Assembly: GCA_950097015.1 (NCBI GenBank)
Contig: CATNEN010000032.1
Coordinates: 1,426,001 to 1,490,000, forward strand
Direction of reading: 5' to 3'
Length of the DNA: 64,000 nucleotides
Source of the DNA: Macrostomum hystrix
Lineage: Eukaryota; Animalia; Platyhelminthes
The notes beneath the pieces are model-generated. The model did not search any database, was not told where the DNA came from, and saw nothing but the letters and a program-made list of their open reading frames with translations. A program made the translations under genes and the position numbers. This document shows positions 48,976-60,038 of this stretch, piece after piece; positions within the stretch are counted from its first letter, which is position 1; each line of letters starts with the position of its first letter.

Positions 48976-49656
48976 TATCGATTTGTTAGCTTTAGCTTTA
49001 GCTTTAGTAGTGTCAGTGCAGTTTCACTAATGGGTTATTTGGCGGGACAAACCTATTCAGGGGCCACTATAAATGGGTTTTGCTAATCAACTTATCAACA
49101 TGGGACTGCAGCATCTGTTTGTGTAGCTTTCCATACTAATGGAGATTGTTAAAAGCTTTAATGTGCTACCCGCCGAGTTTAGTATTCTCCCTGATAAGAC
49201 TGCGTGGCGCCATTGTTGTTGCGCTTTCGAGCCATAAAATAAGAGTATGAAAATCGATTTAAAGCGACATGTGATTTCTAAAATGTTTTTTTAATGCAGA
49301 GTATGACTTACTTTTTTACAAATTAACTGCTGATATTCTAGGCCTGCTCGAGGCTCTCAAGCCCAACCAGACACACAATTTACAATGCTTTACTTAACAC
49401 AACATTTGGTGAGAAAATCCACATGTTTTAAATTCGGCAAAGGTAAAAGTCAAAAAATTATTCTAGCTCGTTACACAACTCCTAAGATTAGGAAATAAGT
49501 CTCATGCCCTATTTTGGTGGTAGTTGTTTCTGGATTATGTTTGACATACACTAAAAGTGCATTTTAGATTTTAGACAGCAAATAAGTGACCGTATTTGCT
49601 GTCTAATGGACACATCAGCTTCGTAATTCGCTGGGTAGTTGTACTAGCTAGTACAC

Positions 49657-50366
49657 CAGGGGTCGGCAAACTCCGGCCGAATCCGGCCCGCTGCCCCTTC
49701 CAACACCTATAGTATCCTGTCACATCTCTCTCTCATCTGGAGATAGAGAGTCTCATCTTTTTTCGGTCTCATCTCTCCCGAGTCTCATGTTTCCCGTAGC
49801 ATCTCTTCTCTGTCTCATCTCTTCTCTGTCTCATCACTTCTCTGTCTCATCACTTCTCTGTCTCATCACTTCTCTGTCTCATCTCTTCTCTGTCTCATCT
49901 CTTCTCTGTCTCATCTCTTCTCTTCTCTGTCTCATATCTTCTCTGTCTCATCTCTTCTCTGTCTCATCTCTTCTCTGTCTCATCACTTCTCTGTCTCATC
50001 ACTTCTCTGTCTCATCTCTTCTCTGTCTCATCTCTTCTCTGTCTCATCTCTTCTCTTCTCTGTCTCATATCTTCTCTGTCTCATCTCTTCTCTGTCTCAT
50101 CTCTTCTCTTCTCTGTCTCATATCTTCTCTGTCTCATCTCTTCTCTGTCTCATCTCTTCTGTCTCATCACTTCTCTGTCTCATCACTTCTCTGTCTCATA
50201 TCTTCTCTGTCTCATCTCTTCTCTGTCTCATCTCTTCTCTCTCTCATCTCTTTTCTGTCTCATCACTTCTCTGTCTCGTAGCTCGTATTCCTACAGTTAA
50301 TGCGGCCCGCTGTCGTCTTTTAGGTTCTCTCTCTGGCCCGCATGCTAATAAGTTTGCCGACCCCTG
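49657..50366. mobile_element. hAT-type MITE, 710 bp, with internal minisatellite
   Basis: Perfect 16-bp TIR CAGGGGTCGGCAAACT / AGTTTGCCGACCCCTG; perfect 8-bp TSD TAGTACAC at 49649-49656 and 50367-50374. Confidence 0.93.
49720..50278. repeat. Pyrimidine-rich ~16-18-bp minisatellite (TCTCATCTCTTCTCTG) inside the MITE
   Basis: Read directly; accounts for the S/L-rich ORF 49787..50281. Confidence 0.92.
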
Positions 50367-50652
50367 TAGTACACGGAGCCAACGGTCGCACAGCAGTTAA
50401 TTTGTGCATTCTCGCAAAGCCTTATCTCATTAAAATCTTTGCGCCTGCACTAGCCACTGCGATAGCGGCTAGTTTTTAGCCACATAGTGCCACCCGAGCT
50501 CTACTTGGCTTCCCTCTGTTTGCAGCATTGATAGGGTGTCGCATTGCATAGAGCCAGACATACTCAGTAAGCGAAAGGAATCGAATGCATGATATTTGCT
50601 TAGCCATTTCAGCTCTCAATAGCAACGCAATTCGAACTCCTAAAACTGATTT

Positions 50653-50692
50653 ATGAGTCAGCAGCAGCAGCAGCAAAAGCAGCAGCAGCAGC

Positions 50693-50729
<37 letters not shown>

Positions 50730-51496
50730 ACAGCAGCCGGACTCGGAAGCAATTGAAGCTGCTGCCGTAGCTGCTGCTACATTGTTCGGTGGCACTACTG
50801 TGCGAATGGATTCGAGGGGCTCAGAGCAGACTCAGGTGCACGGAAAGTACGTTCAGTTGGCAAATATTGGTAAGGCCTTATTCTTGTTAACTTTGCGTTC
50901 TAAGTTTTTTTGAAAGGATGCATTTCTCTCACCTTGAGAATTAATAATTAGGCAATAGAGCATTTTTCCGCTTTTTATTCTCGGCTCCGTATGGTTGGTT
51001 TTTATTGTTGCCAAGCAGTACAGAATTCCATAATCTTCCTTATTCCTACAAATTAGTCTCTGACGACGAAGATGCCAGCTCTGACTACGTCCTCGAGGAC
51101 GTGTCGAAGAAGACCTGCCCGATCTCCTACGCCAGAGTGTTCCACGTGGGACCGAACCGGCCGCCTGTGGACTACTACTGGTTCTGTGTGCTGGCCATCG
51201 CTGTGCAGACGATCCTGGCGCCCTATATGTACTTCCTGGAGCTTGGCTGCGGCGTAAACCTGGCCCTGCGGGCCATGCAGAACTGCCGCTGGTCGCGCTC
51301 CTACTTTGCCCGCGGCGAATTCGAGCTGGCCGCACTGACGGCCTTCAAAGCCGGGCGACATGCCGGCGCCGCTGTGCTACTCAGCGTACTGACGGCCACC
51401 CTGGCCAGCGCTTTCGTCCTGGCCGTTGCGCTGGTGCAGCCAGAGCCGGAGACTCTTCTGGACTTTCACGTTGACTCTTACCAAAAGCGAACGTGA
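50653..51496 (+). CDS. CD225/dispanin (IFITM-like) membrane protein with poly-Q N-terminus, 218 aa
   Basis: Exons 50653-50869 and 51057-51496 in phase; PPVDYYWFCVLAIAV...LALRAMQNCRWSRSYFARGEFELA...AAVLLSVL matches the CD225 pattern. Confidence 0.72.
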
Positions 51497-51839
51497 CCGG
51501 CTCGAGTTCGACGCCAGCCGTTGCAGAGTTTTTGCTTCAAGATGAACTGCCAAACTGCCAAATGCCACACTTTCTCTCACAATCTCTTCTCTTGTATTCG
51601 CTGAGGATCGACACTATAGTGGTCGCATACGCATCATACTTAAACTTGATCATTCCAGAAAAAAATAGTTCCTTGAGTCTTGGAATCCTATTGACTCTCG
51701 GAACTAGATTCCTCCAGAACTTCGTTATGTTTCTTCTCCCTTTCTTTTTACTGCCCGTCGGTTTTAGCTCGTATGTTCTACAATCAACTAACTACGAGCG
51801 TATTGTGTTTCGCTGCACTTTTCTTATGTTAGACTTATA

Positions 51840-52637
51840 TATTACGAGCGGAATTCGTCCTCCGGAGGAAGTTGAGGGGAGAGAACTCCCATCGCCTCAT
51901 TTGAACTCCATCCTTCATTAAAAAATGGAACTGTTTCTCTAATAGTGGCATCACCGGAGCCAGCCATATTTATGCGCCGTAGGTCTGCGCGCTCTCGATT
52001 GCATTTCAGGCGAAGCAGCCGCTCTGCAGCACTCTGTGCAGCTCGCCTATGCTCGGTGCGAATACGCGCAGCGTCCAATTTTGAGGCGCGTGAACCGTCC
52101 GTCTCAGTAGCTCGCATCTCAGCAACCCTTGTAGTGTTAGACCGTGCACCGCTACACCCGTTCCGATGCCGACTGTACTCTCGTTGTTTTTCAAGTCGCA
52201 TATTACGCTCCTCTGATGTCTCCTGCCGACGACGTTTCGCTTCACGACTCTGTACTGCCTCGCTTTTTCGCTTCTTTTTCGACATCATCAACACTTCATC
52301 ATCAATCTCGAATCTTGATTCTCACGATTTAATTAACGAAGTACTACAGTAAGAAGTAAAGTTGTCAATTTTTAGTTTATGCTCATAGACGAAGAATTGA
52401 ATTGAAGAATTGAGCTCTGACTGCGAGAAAAATACACTAAGGAGATAGAACAAGACAGGTTTTCTCCGATTTATGAGGCTCCATTTTTGAAAATGAAGAT
52501 GAGAATCGAGCCACATGATCCCAGTCAGTTTCACATCAAATGGTCAAAATTTGAAAAAAATCGGTAAAACATCCTCGGAAGAGATGCGAATTATTCATAC
52601 ATACAACGAAAAATACAGTGTTTTTCTATTTATAAGA
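51840..52637 (-). mobile_element. Helitron/Helentron 5' fragment with STPR-like N-terminal repeats
   Basis: ORF 51842..52294 has QETSEERNMRLEKQRE and ATETDGSRASKLDAARIR repeats typical of Helitron Rep-Hel N-termini; putative 5' end T|TCTTATAAATAG at 52637. Confidence 0.6.
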
Positions 52638-53439
52638 ACAGGAAATTGTAGTTAGCCTACGCGTGTTGAAACGAGGTTAAAACTAACGACAGCCCGCCCT
52701 CTGAAACGCGTTTCACGCCCGCTAACTACAACACTAATATGGATAGGCTGCTCGGGCTGAAACGCCTGGGCGCTACGCGCCTCGACATTTTACCTCGTTT
52801 CAGCCCTCTGCAGCCGATCAATATTGGTATATTATTCTAAAGCCCACCAATCTATAAAATATATACTTCACTTATAGCGCTTCAAGTTTATGTCTCTTCT
52901 TCTTCACTTGTAGTTTTCCTATAGTTTGTCTAGCGGTTTATTGCAGTCTAAAAGTCTTGAAGGCTATAACTCCTAACGACTATCGAAGCTCAGTATTTCG
53001 GCTGGTCGTAGTGATCTCTCTAGATCGTTATCGCTGATCCTACTTGAGAAAGAACACAAACACAGTGATTTTCTAGTTTATCTAAACGGAACTCGAAGTG
53101 AGTCTATAACTAACTGGAGCGGCGAATCTTTTTCCGCGCTCCGCTCCGATATATATAGTGTTTTTAAAACCCCTCGATCCGAGGGGGAGATAATACCATA
53201 GCAACAGTACGCATGGGCGTTTGGGGTGAGTGAGGTCGCAGCCTCGAGTCTAGTACAGTTATTGTCATTAAACTAGTTGGTTGGCAGGCACGCCAACCCC
53301 TTTTCTTTCATCGATCCCGCCTTCTTGTGCGGACTCGGCCTCCTCTCGATCTCGTTCCCGATCGGGTCCGGGCGGCTCCAGTTTCTGCTGGGTTGGGTCG
53401 ATGCAGGCAGCTGCAGGTCGGCGTAGGCCGGGTTGATTC

Positions 53440-53585
53440 CGGGAGCTCCACGTCAGCACAGCTGCGTTCCGGTCTCGGGCCATTCCACGTCAGCACAGCT
53501 GCGGATCCGGTCTCCGGCAGCTCCACGTCAGCGCCTCTGCGGATCCGGTCTCGGCCAGCTCCACGTCGGCACAGCTGCTGTCATG
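53440..53585. repeat. ~38-bp GC-rich tandem repeat, 4 copies
   Basis: CTCCACGTCAGCACAGCTGCG.TCCGGTCTC recurs near 53446, 53483, 53521, 53559. Confidence 0.75.
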
Positions 53586-54662
53586 CCGAACCGGGCCTGC
53601 GCTGAAATGAATAGTTGATCTCTGGGGGCGGATTTTGTCTAATCATTCTCCTTTCGGTTGCTCGCACCTTCTGCTGTTGCTATTTTTAGTTTTAGTTACC
53701 AACTAACGCTCACTTAAATTCCATTCAGATTTCTAAGTCTTATATCACTTATTCGTTACGAGTTACACACAATTTAGCTCAATTAATATTGTCCAAGCGA
53801 CAACAGTCATTCATACAGGATCTGGGTTTGATTGCAAGTGAAATACGAGCAGCTGAAACTCATAAGCATCTAATAACACTGCTCATTGCTATTTATGCAT
53901 TTATTACTGGCTTTTTCAGAAATGTAAACACTTCTCATAATAGCTTTTATATATGCTAGTAAATACGAAACATTTCAAGAAAGAAAACTCAGAACTTAAT
54001 GAACTTCGTGATTCTATGCCAAGATAACAAGTCAAGTACCTTATCTGACTATATACTCAACAGGACAAATTAAAAGAACAAACTAAACGGTGAAAGTGCA
54101 AAAAGCTAATTAAAAAACCGATTGATTTTTGAACGAATGGCAAGATTCAAACAAGTGCTGCCTACACATCTGACAGAGGAACATAGAGACATTAATTAAT
54201 AAAGGAAGTTACTAAGTGTACATATGAGCTAACTAAAACTGCATTTTATTACTCCACAAATTGTACGATGCTTTAGCAATGTTTATTGAAAAATAACTTT
54301 TAACAACAAAACTTAACACTTTTTCTGCATTTTAGAACAAACAAATAACAGTAGAATCAATGCTTAGCTACTCAGTCAAACAAGTAGTTGGCCACGACCA
54401 ACAACGCGAAGTTCTTTGGAGACTTTTCTGCCTGAAAGAAACCGCGACCGCGACCGAGTGAGAAAACTCGGCAGCCAGGCTCAGCAGGCGCTGCTGAATG
54501 CAGTGGGCCTCTAATTAAGAACAGTGTCAATTGAACACAACATATTGATTGCAGCAGCGTGTTCGTCTGCCACCGCCTTGACTGCAGCAAACTGATTGGA
54601 AAAGAGGGCACGCGCAGCCAGAACCGTTTCATACAGCAGACGTGGCGATGAATTTAGCATTT

Positions 54663-55003
54663 TTAAATTACGACCTGGACCCGCGGCCTAGCCTTAACCG
54701 ATCGCCTGATCAACACAGAAACAGCGCAGACAGGTGCAGCAGAAGGCTGCGCCGTTTCGCTGGCTCCTCGATCCCGACTAGATAGATTCAGACTGAAATG
54801 CTTTGTCCACTGCGGCTGCTGTTTCAGTGCAACTGGGGGCGCCAATAGCGGCTCGTCGAGCGGTCTATGAGCAGTCGTGAGTTGGAAGCCTAGCCGGTCA
54901 TGCAGCAGATCAAAGATGGTCCACGCATACTTGTGAGCCCTGGTCAGGGCACAGTACTCGGTTTTGTCTTTATCCGTGTGAAACTGGCAGCACTCGCTGT
55001 AGC
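54663..55003 (-). pseudogene. Displaced duplicate of the maelstrom last-exon (zinc-binding) segment
   Basis: 55003-54807 matches 9347-9543 at 189/197 nt, preceded by a homologous acceptor (CATTCCGCTGCCGTAG vs CATTCCGCTCCCGCAG); reads open to TAA at 54663. Confidence 0.88.
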
Positions 55004-56490
55004 CTACGGCAGCGGAATGCCAATCTCCTACTTAATTATTATCCAAGAAAAATCTCATAACCTCATACAACTTTATTAATTATGGCAATCTCGTATTGTT
55101 ATTATTATTACTTACTTTTATATAAAATAATATTATTATCCATCTTTTTTATTTATTATTCATGTATCATGACAGTGTGACGATGTCACTATTTATTTTT
55201 GTTACTTTATCTTTCTGAGAAACCTGGCCAGCGCGAATTAAAATATAATTTGAAATGTCGGCTTTTGGCGTAGGAGCGAGCGTCGGAGCGGAAAACAGCT
55301 AAAGAGTAAAGACATTTTAATTAGCTGGAGACTAGGGACCTTTTAATAGCTACATTGGATTCGAGAACAAGGAACCGGGACCCTGGCGCTGCCGCTGACA
55401 AGCCATTGGTTGACATATCAAGAAATCGTGTTTGTTTTGGTCTTGCAAAATTTCTTATAACTTCTGGGAAGCTCGTCTGCACACGAACTCTAGTTCGTCA
55501 CAACAGAGTATAATTTTTTAGTCTATAGTATTCTGCTTTTGTTGGGCTTACACAGTGACATTAGGTTCAGTAGCCTCTTGCGACATTAGGTTCAGTAGCC
55601 TCTTGTGCTTGTCTCTTTCCAAACTTTTGGTATATTGCCAGCATTTTTTGCTGCAGTTTAGCCTTCTCAGCAATTTTTTTCCCACCAATTTTTTGTACAT
55701 TGCTGAATTCCAAGGCACCACATGGTATGGCCACAAGTGGTAAGAGTTGGCAAGGTTTCAGAATTTGCCAGTTGACAATTGTGCTAAAAAAACTTATAGT
55801 TCAGAGGTGCCAAGTGAAGGCTTCTCTATTGTGATGTACTTTTCTGTAATTTCAGTTACAATCAGTCTTAAAATAATATTAATCAATGTTCGATCTGCCT
55901 TTATCTTGAAAGCCTTGTCTGCTTTTTATGTGGACCTGATCCCCACCAGCACATCAGCAGGATACTTGGGTAGCTTTTTCATTGCGGGATAACACTAGCA
56001 GGTGCACAAAATACACCTGCACTATCAGAAGTGCTTATGAGTCAAGTGAGTTGCATTGTTGGTTGGTAAGACTGAATCACTACTAGTTGCCAAGTTTGTG
56101 AATATGAAAATTCCTTCTGGCTTTTACAGAAGCCCCCATGTCACTTCATTGTGAACTCTAAAATCTCCACTAGTGATAATAACATCACCAATAAGGGTTA
56201 AAAGTGCTTGGCCTGTTGAGATGAAGTCAAAATGTGTTAACCCTCAAATCTGAATATCACTATTATTAATATAATTCCTCCATTAGTGCTAGGCCTATGG
56301 ATTATAAAAATGTAAATAGATATTTTTGAGATTTCTAGAATATCTTTTTGGTTCACATGAGAATTTTATGTAAAATATTTTAAATTTCTTTACTTTTCTA
56401 TTAATGTTCTAACAATCACATGTTTAAGAGACATGAATTTGTGATTTTTCTAGTTTCTGAAAGTATATATTATAAATCTTATAAATATTA

Positions 56491-58399
56491 CTAGCTTTTT
56501 TTGCCCGTTGTTTTTGGGGCAGAAATTTAAAGCAAAGCAGTAAGCAATTCACGTCTCTGCAATCACTTTATAGTGACGGTCACCATTTATTTATTTACTG
56601 CATTAATGAAAAGTGAAGAGTTTGTTTAAGGGCGTTTTAAGTAAAAAATAAGTGAAAAGTTTGTCCAAACAGCCCCCTCTTGATTACTTCTTTAGAAACA
56701 TGTCTCTTAGCCACTCCTCTATACAGTCAGTGGCAGATCCAGGAATTTTGTTTTGGGGCGGTCTGTCAGGGGAGCGCCATGAGAATCACGGAGGGGGTGC
56801 CAGCGGCCGAAAAAGGGCGCCAGGAGCCAAGAAAGGGCGCCAGCGGCTGAAAAACGGGAGCCAGCGGCTGAAAAAGTGCTGCGACTGACGCCCCTGGTGG
56901 GGGCATCTTATTCCCATGATTAAAATTTTGGGGGGGGGCGACTGCCCCCCGCCCCCCCCCCTAAATCTGCCTCTGTATACAGTATGCATGTACACGCGTA
57001 TACATAAGGAAAATAGCTATGGCATAACAATAACAATGTCAAAGAAACAAAATTAAACTGTTTCAGAGTTCAGAGTTAGACAGGTCAAGGTCAATTCGTG
57101 ACTACTTTTCTATTAATTGCTTGCGAGTCACCTCAAGGCCTGGGGATACACCACATTCTTCGTTCTTCCCCTTGGTGCGAAAATGAATAGGCCAGCTGGA
57201 GTTCCAACACGGGAGCAGGCGACAAAAAGCTGCCCATGCGAGAAGCAAGGAGTCTCCAGGTTGATGCCAGCCACCTTCAGCGACTGTCCCTGAGCCTTGT
57301 TAATAGTCATCGCAAAGCACACTCTCACAGGGAACTGCAGTCGCTTGAACTGAAATGGCAGGTCCGTGGGGATAATTGGAATCCGGGGAACGAACACAGA
57401 CTCTCCTCTGCCAGATCCAGTCATTATCGTGGCCTCAATCACGTGTGGGAAGAGCCGCCTGACTATCAGTCTGGTGCCGTTACACAGCATTGGCGCATTC
57501 AGGTTGCGGAGGAGCATAATTGGTGCCCCAACTTTCAGCTGCAAGTTGTGCGATGGAGTTCCAGGAGGATCTAGAGAGTTCAGAAACTCAACAGGATACT
57601 CCACAGCGGTGTCATCAGTCAACGTTGTATCAATTGACTTGTAGGTGAAAACTGCACCTGGCAACTCCTGAAGCAGTTGGTAGTTAATTTCGTTGGCGGC
57701 ATCATTTCTAGGACACAGAATTGCCCTCTCTGACAGCCAGTCAACGTCAGCATATCGAGAGAAATAGGCTGGCTGGAGAGAAATATCAACCGGAGAGCCC
57801 TGCGCACTGGGACGCCACCGCACTCACCGCACTCAGTCTCAGTGCTGCTTGGGGGCCAGTAGACAGTCTAGGGGTTTGGGCTGTGTACATTCACGGCTTG
57901 AAATACAATGTACAGTCTGGGGCTTCGGCGCCCGGGGAAGGGAGGGGGTGGCTGTAATAAAATTTGGCCCGCAGAGTGGCGGAGGGGAGTTGGGGTGGCT
58001 GTCCTCGGAAAACAAAAAGTGACTCACTTTGAGATGATGCAGCTTTGCTCTGGATTGAGTAGAGATGTTCAAAATTGACAGCATTGTTGGAAAACATGTA
58101 AAGTGTAAGTGGATCAAATTTGGAGAAAATCTGACAAAGTGGGGCGACGATATGTCGAATTGAGTGATTTTTTGACGATTTTTGAGCAGTTTTTTGCACT
58201 TTTGAGCAGGAAGGAAATGATTTTTCGGGAATTTGAGTAGCCTATTGCACTCAGCGTAGGTGGTTTTAGGTATGTGCAAAGTTTGGTGCGATTTCGTTGA
58301 GCGGTTTCGGCGTCTATAAAGACAAAAGGTTGCACACACACACACACACACACACACAGACAGACAGACAGACAGAGTTTTCACTTTTATATATATAGA
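56491..58399 (-). mobile_element. Non-autonomous Helitron, 1.9 kb, retaining the PIF1-helicase C-terminus
   Basis: 5' A|TCTATATATATAAAA followed by (CTGT)n(GT)n; ORF 57128..57823 with RAILCPRN, LLRNL...LCNGTRL, FAMTINKAQGQS, HGQLFVACSRV; 3' hairpin TGCCC..GGGCA then CTAG|T at 56494-56490. Confidence 0.92.
56728..56975. mobile_element. hAT-type MITE, 248 bp, nested in the Helitron
   Basis: Imperfect TIR CAGTGGCAGAT / ATCTGCCTCTG; perfect 8-bp TSD TATACAGT at 56720-56727 and 56976-56983. Confidence 0.88.
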
Positions 58400-60038
58400 T
58401 AAATTATAAATTTTATTATGTTCTTGTAATTGGTTAATAATAGAAAATTGCTTATGCCTAACAGCAACTATGATATAAGGAGTTTTTTCCAAACTTATTT
58501 CAGAGCATGATCACCCCAACACAAATGCTTCTGGCCAACATTGTGGGCCTGCCCACACTCTATGTCTCCTATGCAGTCTGCTTTTACAGGAGTCCCGGCC
58601 TACGACTATATATTAAACGGAAAAGCCAGTCAACTTACAACAGCCACTATCAGTTCATGGACATTCTAGGCGTGTCTGCGGGCACAATGCAGAGATTAGT
58701 AGCTGAGGAGGATGCCTGTCAATGATGCAAGCTGGGGTCATAGATTATAACTTGTTGGCATGCTGTGTGGAATACAGGATTAAAAATGTTATGAAAAGTA
58801 CAGCAACACAAACATTACAGTATGGCCTGGCCTGTTGGCTATGTTATTGTCACTATTGGTCATGGGACGAACATGTCCAGTTACTTGGTACTACAAAATG
58901 CTGACAACAGCTTCTTTCATAAAATCTGGTTTTTTTTCTGCAGGATTTGCCTGCCCTACTAGCAAAAGTACAACTACTGTACTGTTAAGTGTTTCTGTCT
59001 CGCATTTTGGCAGTTTCCACTGTTATTAGGTGGGTTACTGTTGTTGAAACAGAATAGTTGTTTGTATGTTTTATACATTTTTAAAGACTGTTTAAATCTT
59101 TGATTTGTGTTTCTGATTGTCTCTGATTTTTCAGAAACGAGAGAACTGAGAAATATAACTCACTATTTTCAACAGCAATGTGCTCTACAGTAATTAGCTA
59201 ATTATTTTTTAACTGTACATAGGAGTACAAACAAATTCTTTCAAGTTTTTGTATGTTGTAAATGCTGTCTTATTTGATTTCATTTATTATAGACGATCAT
59301 TTGACTTACTCTACACAGATAAGCAGAATGTACTTGTGTATGAATGTACTTATTGAAAATTGTTGCAGCAATGCTCAGTTGTAACTGTTTGAGCATTGAC
59401 TCAAATACTATCAAACGTAGACAGTAAATTACATACAAGCGTTCATTACACCCGAGACACAAGCAGAGCAGGGCAGGTTTGGCAAGCACCACTAGTGCAT
59501 ATGTTTGTATTTAGTAAGACATTACTTGACGGGCTCAATACTCCCTTAAGTAGTATTTAGTAGTCCATGGACGGGCTAAATCGAGGAAGCCTCTTGGTTC
59601 GCTGTTTTCATAGTACACATTCCCGCCACATTCGGACAATATCGTCTGCTTACACATCCCTCTCCCTTGACACTGACATCTCCCTACTGAAATATTACCA
59701 TACTTATCATCCTCTCTTTGACTGTCCTTTTCTGTCTATGGCAGTCAGTGCAGTGAGCCAAAATGCTTCCTTGCACGAGCATCGAATTTAACTTGTAGTG
59801 GCAAATTACCACAGACAGTTGTGTTTGCCTAAAGTATGCATTTTTGACGTTAGATTCAGAAAATGTTTTGTCTTTTCCTAAACTATATGCTACAACGGCT
59901 TGGACTGGCGTTTTAAATTCGCTGATGTGGCTGGCTAATTTTAGTTTATCGCTTCTTCATATCAAGCTATAGTCTAGACCAAATTTAGTTAACATTCAGA
60001 ATTAGATTTTAAAAGTTAATAAATAAATTTCAATTTAA

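Noticed and set aside
49787-50281. 164-aa Ser/Leu-rich ORF
   Set aside because: Minisatellite inside a MITE.
52640-52830. Possible Crypton-type terminal sequence (GCGCTACGCGCCTCG)
   Set aside because: Resemblance only; no matching second end or coding remnant identified.
55500-56260. Missing 5' exons of the maelstrom duplicate
   Set aside because: No HMG or MAEL-like translation seen in any frame by eye.
57839-58492. 217-aa ORF at the Helitron 5' end
   Set aside because: It crosses the element boundary and a microsatellite, and has no domain signature.
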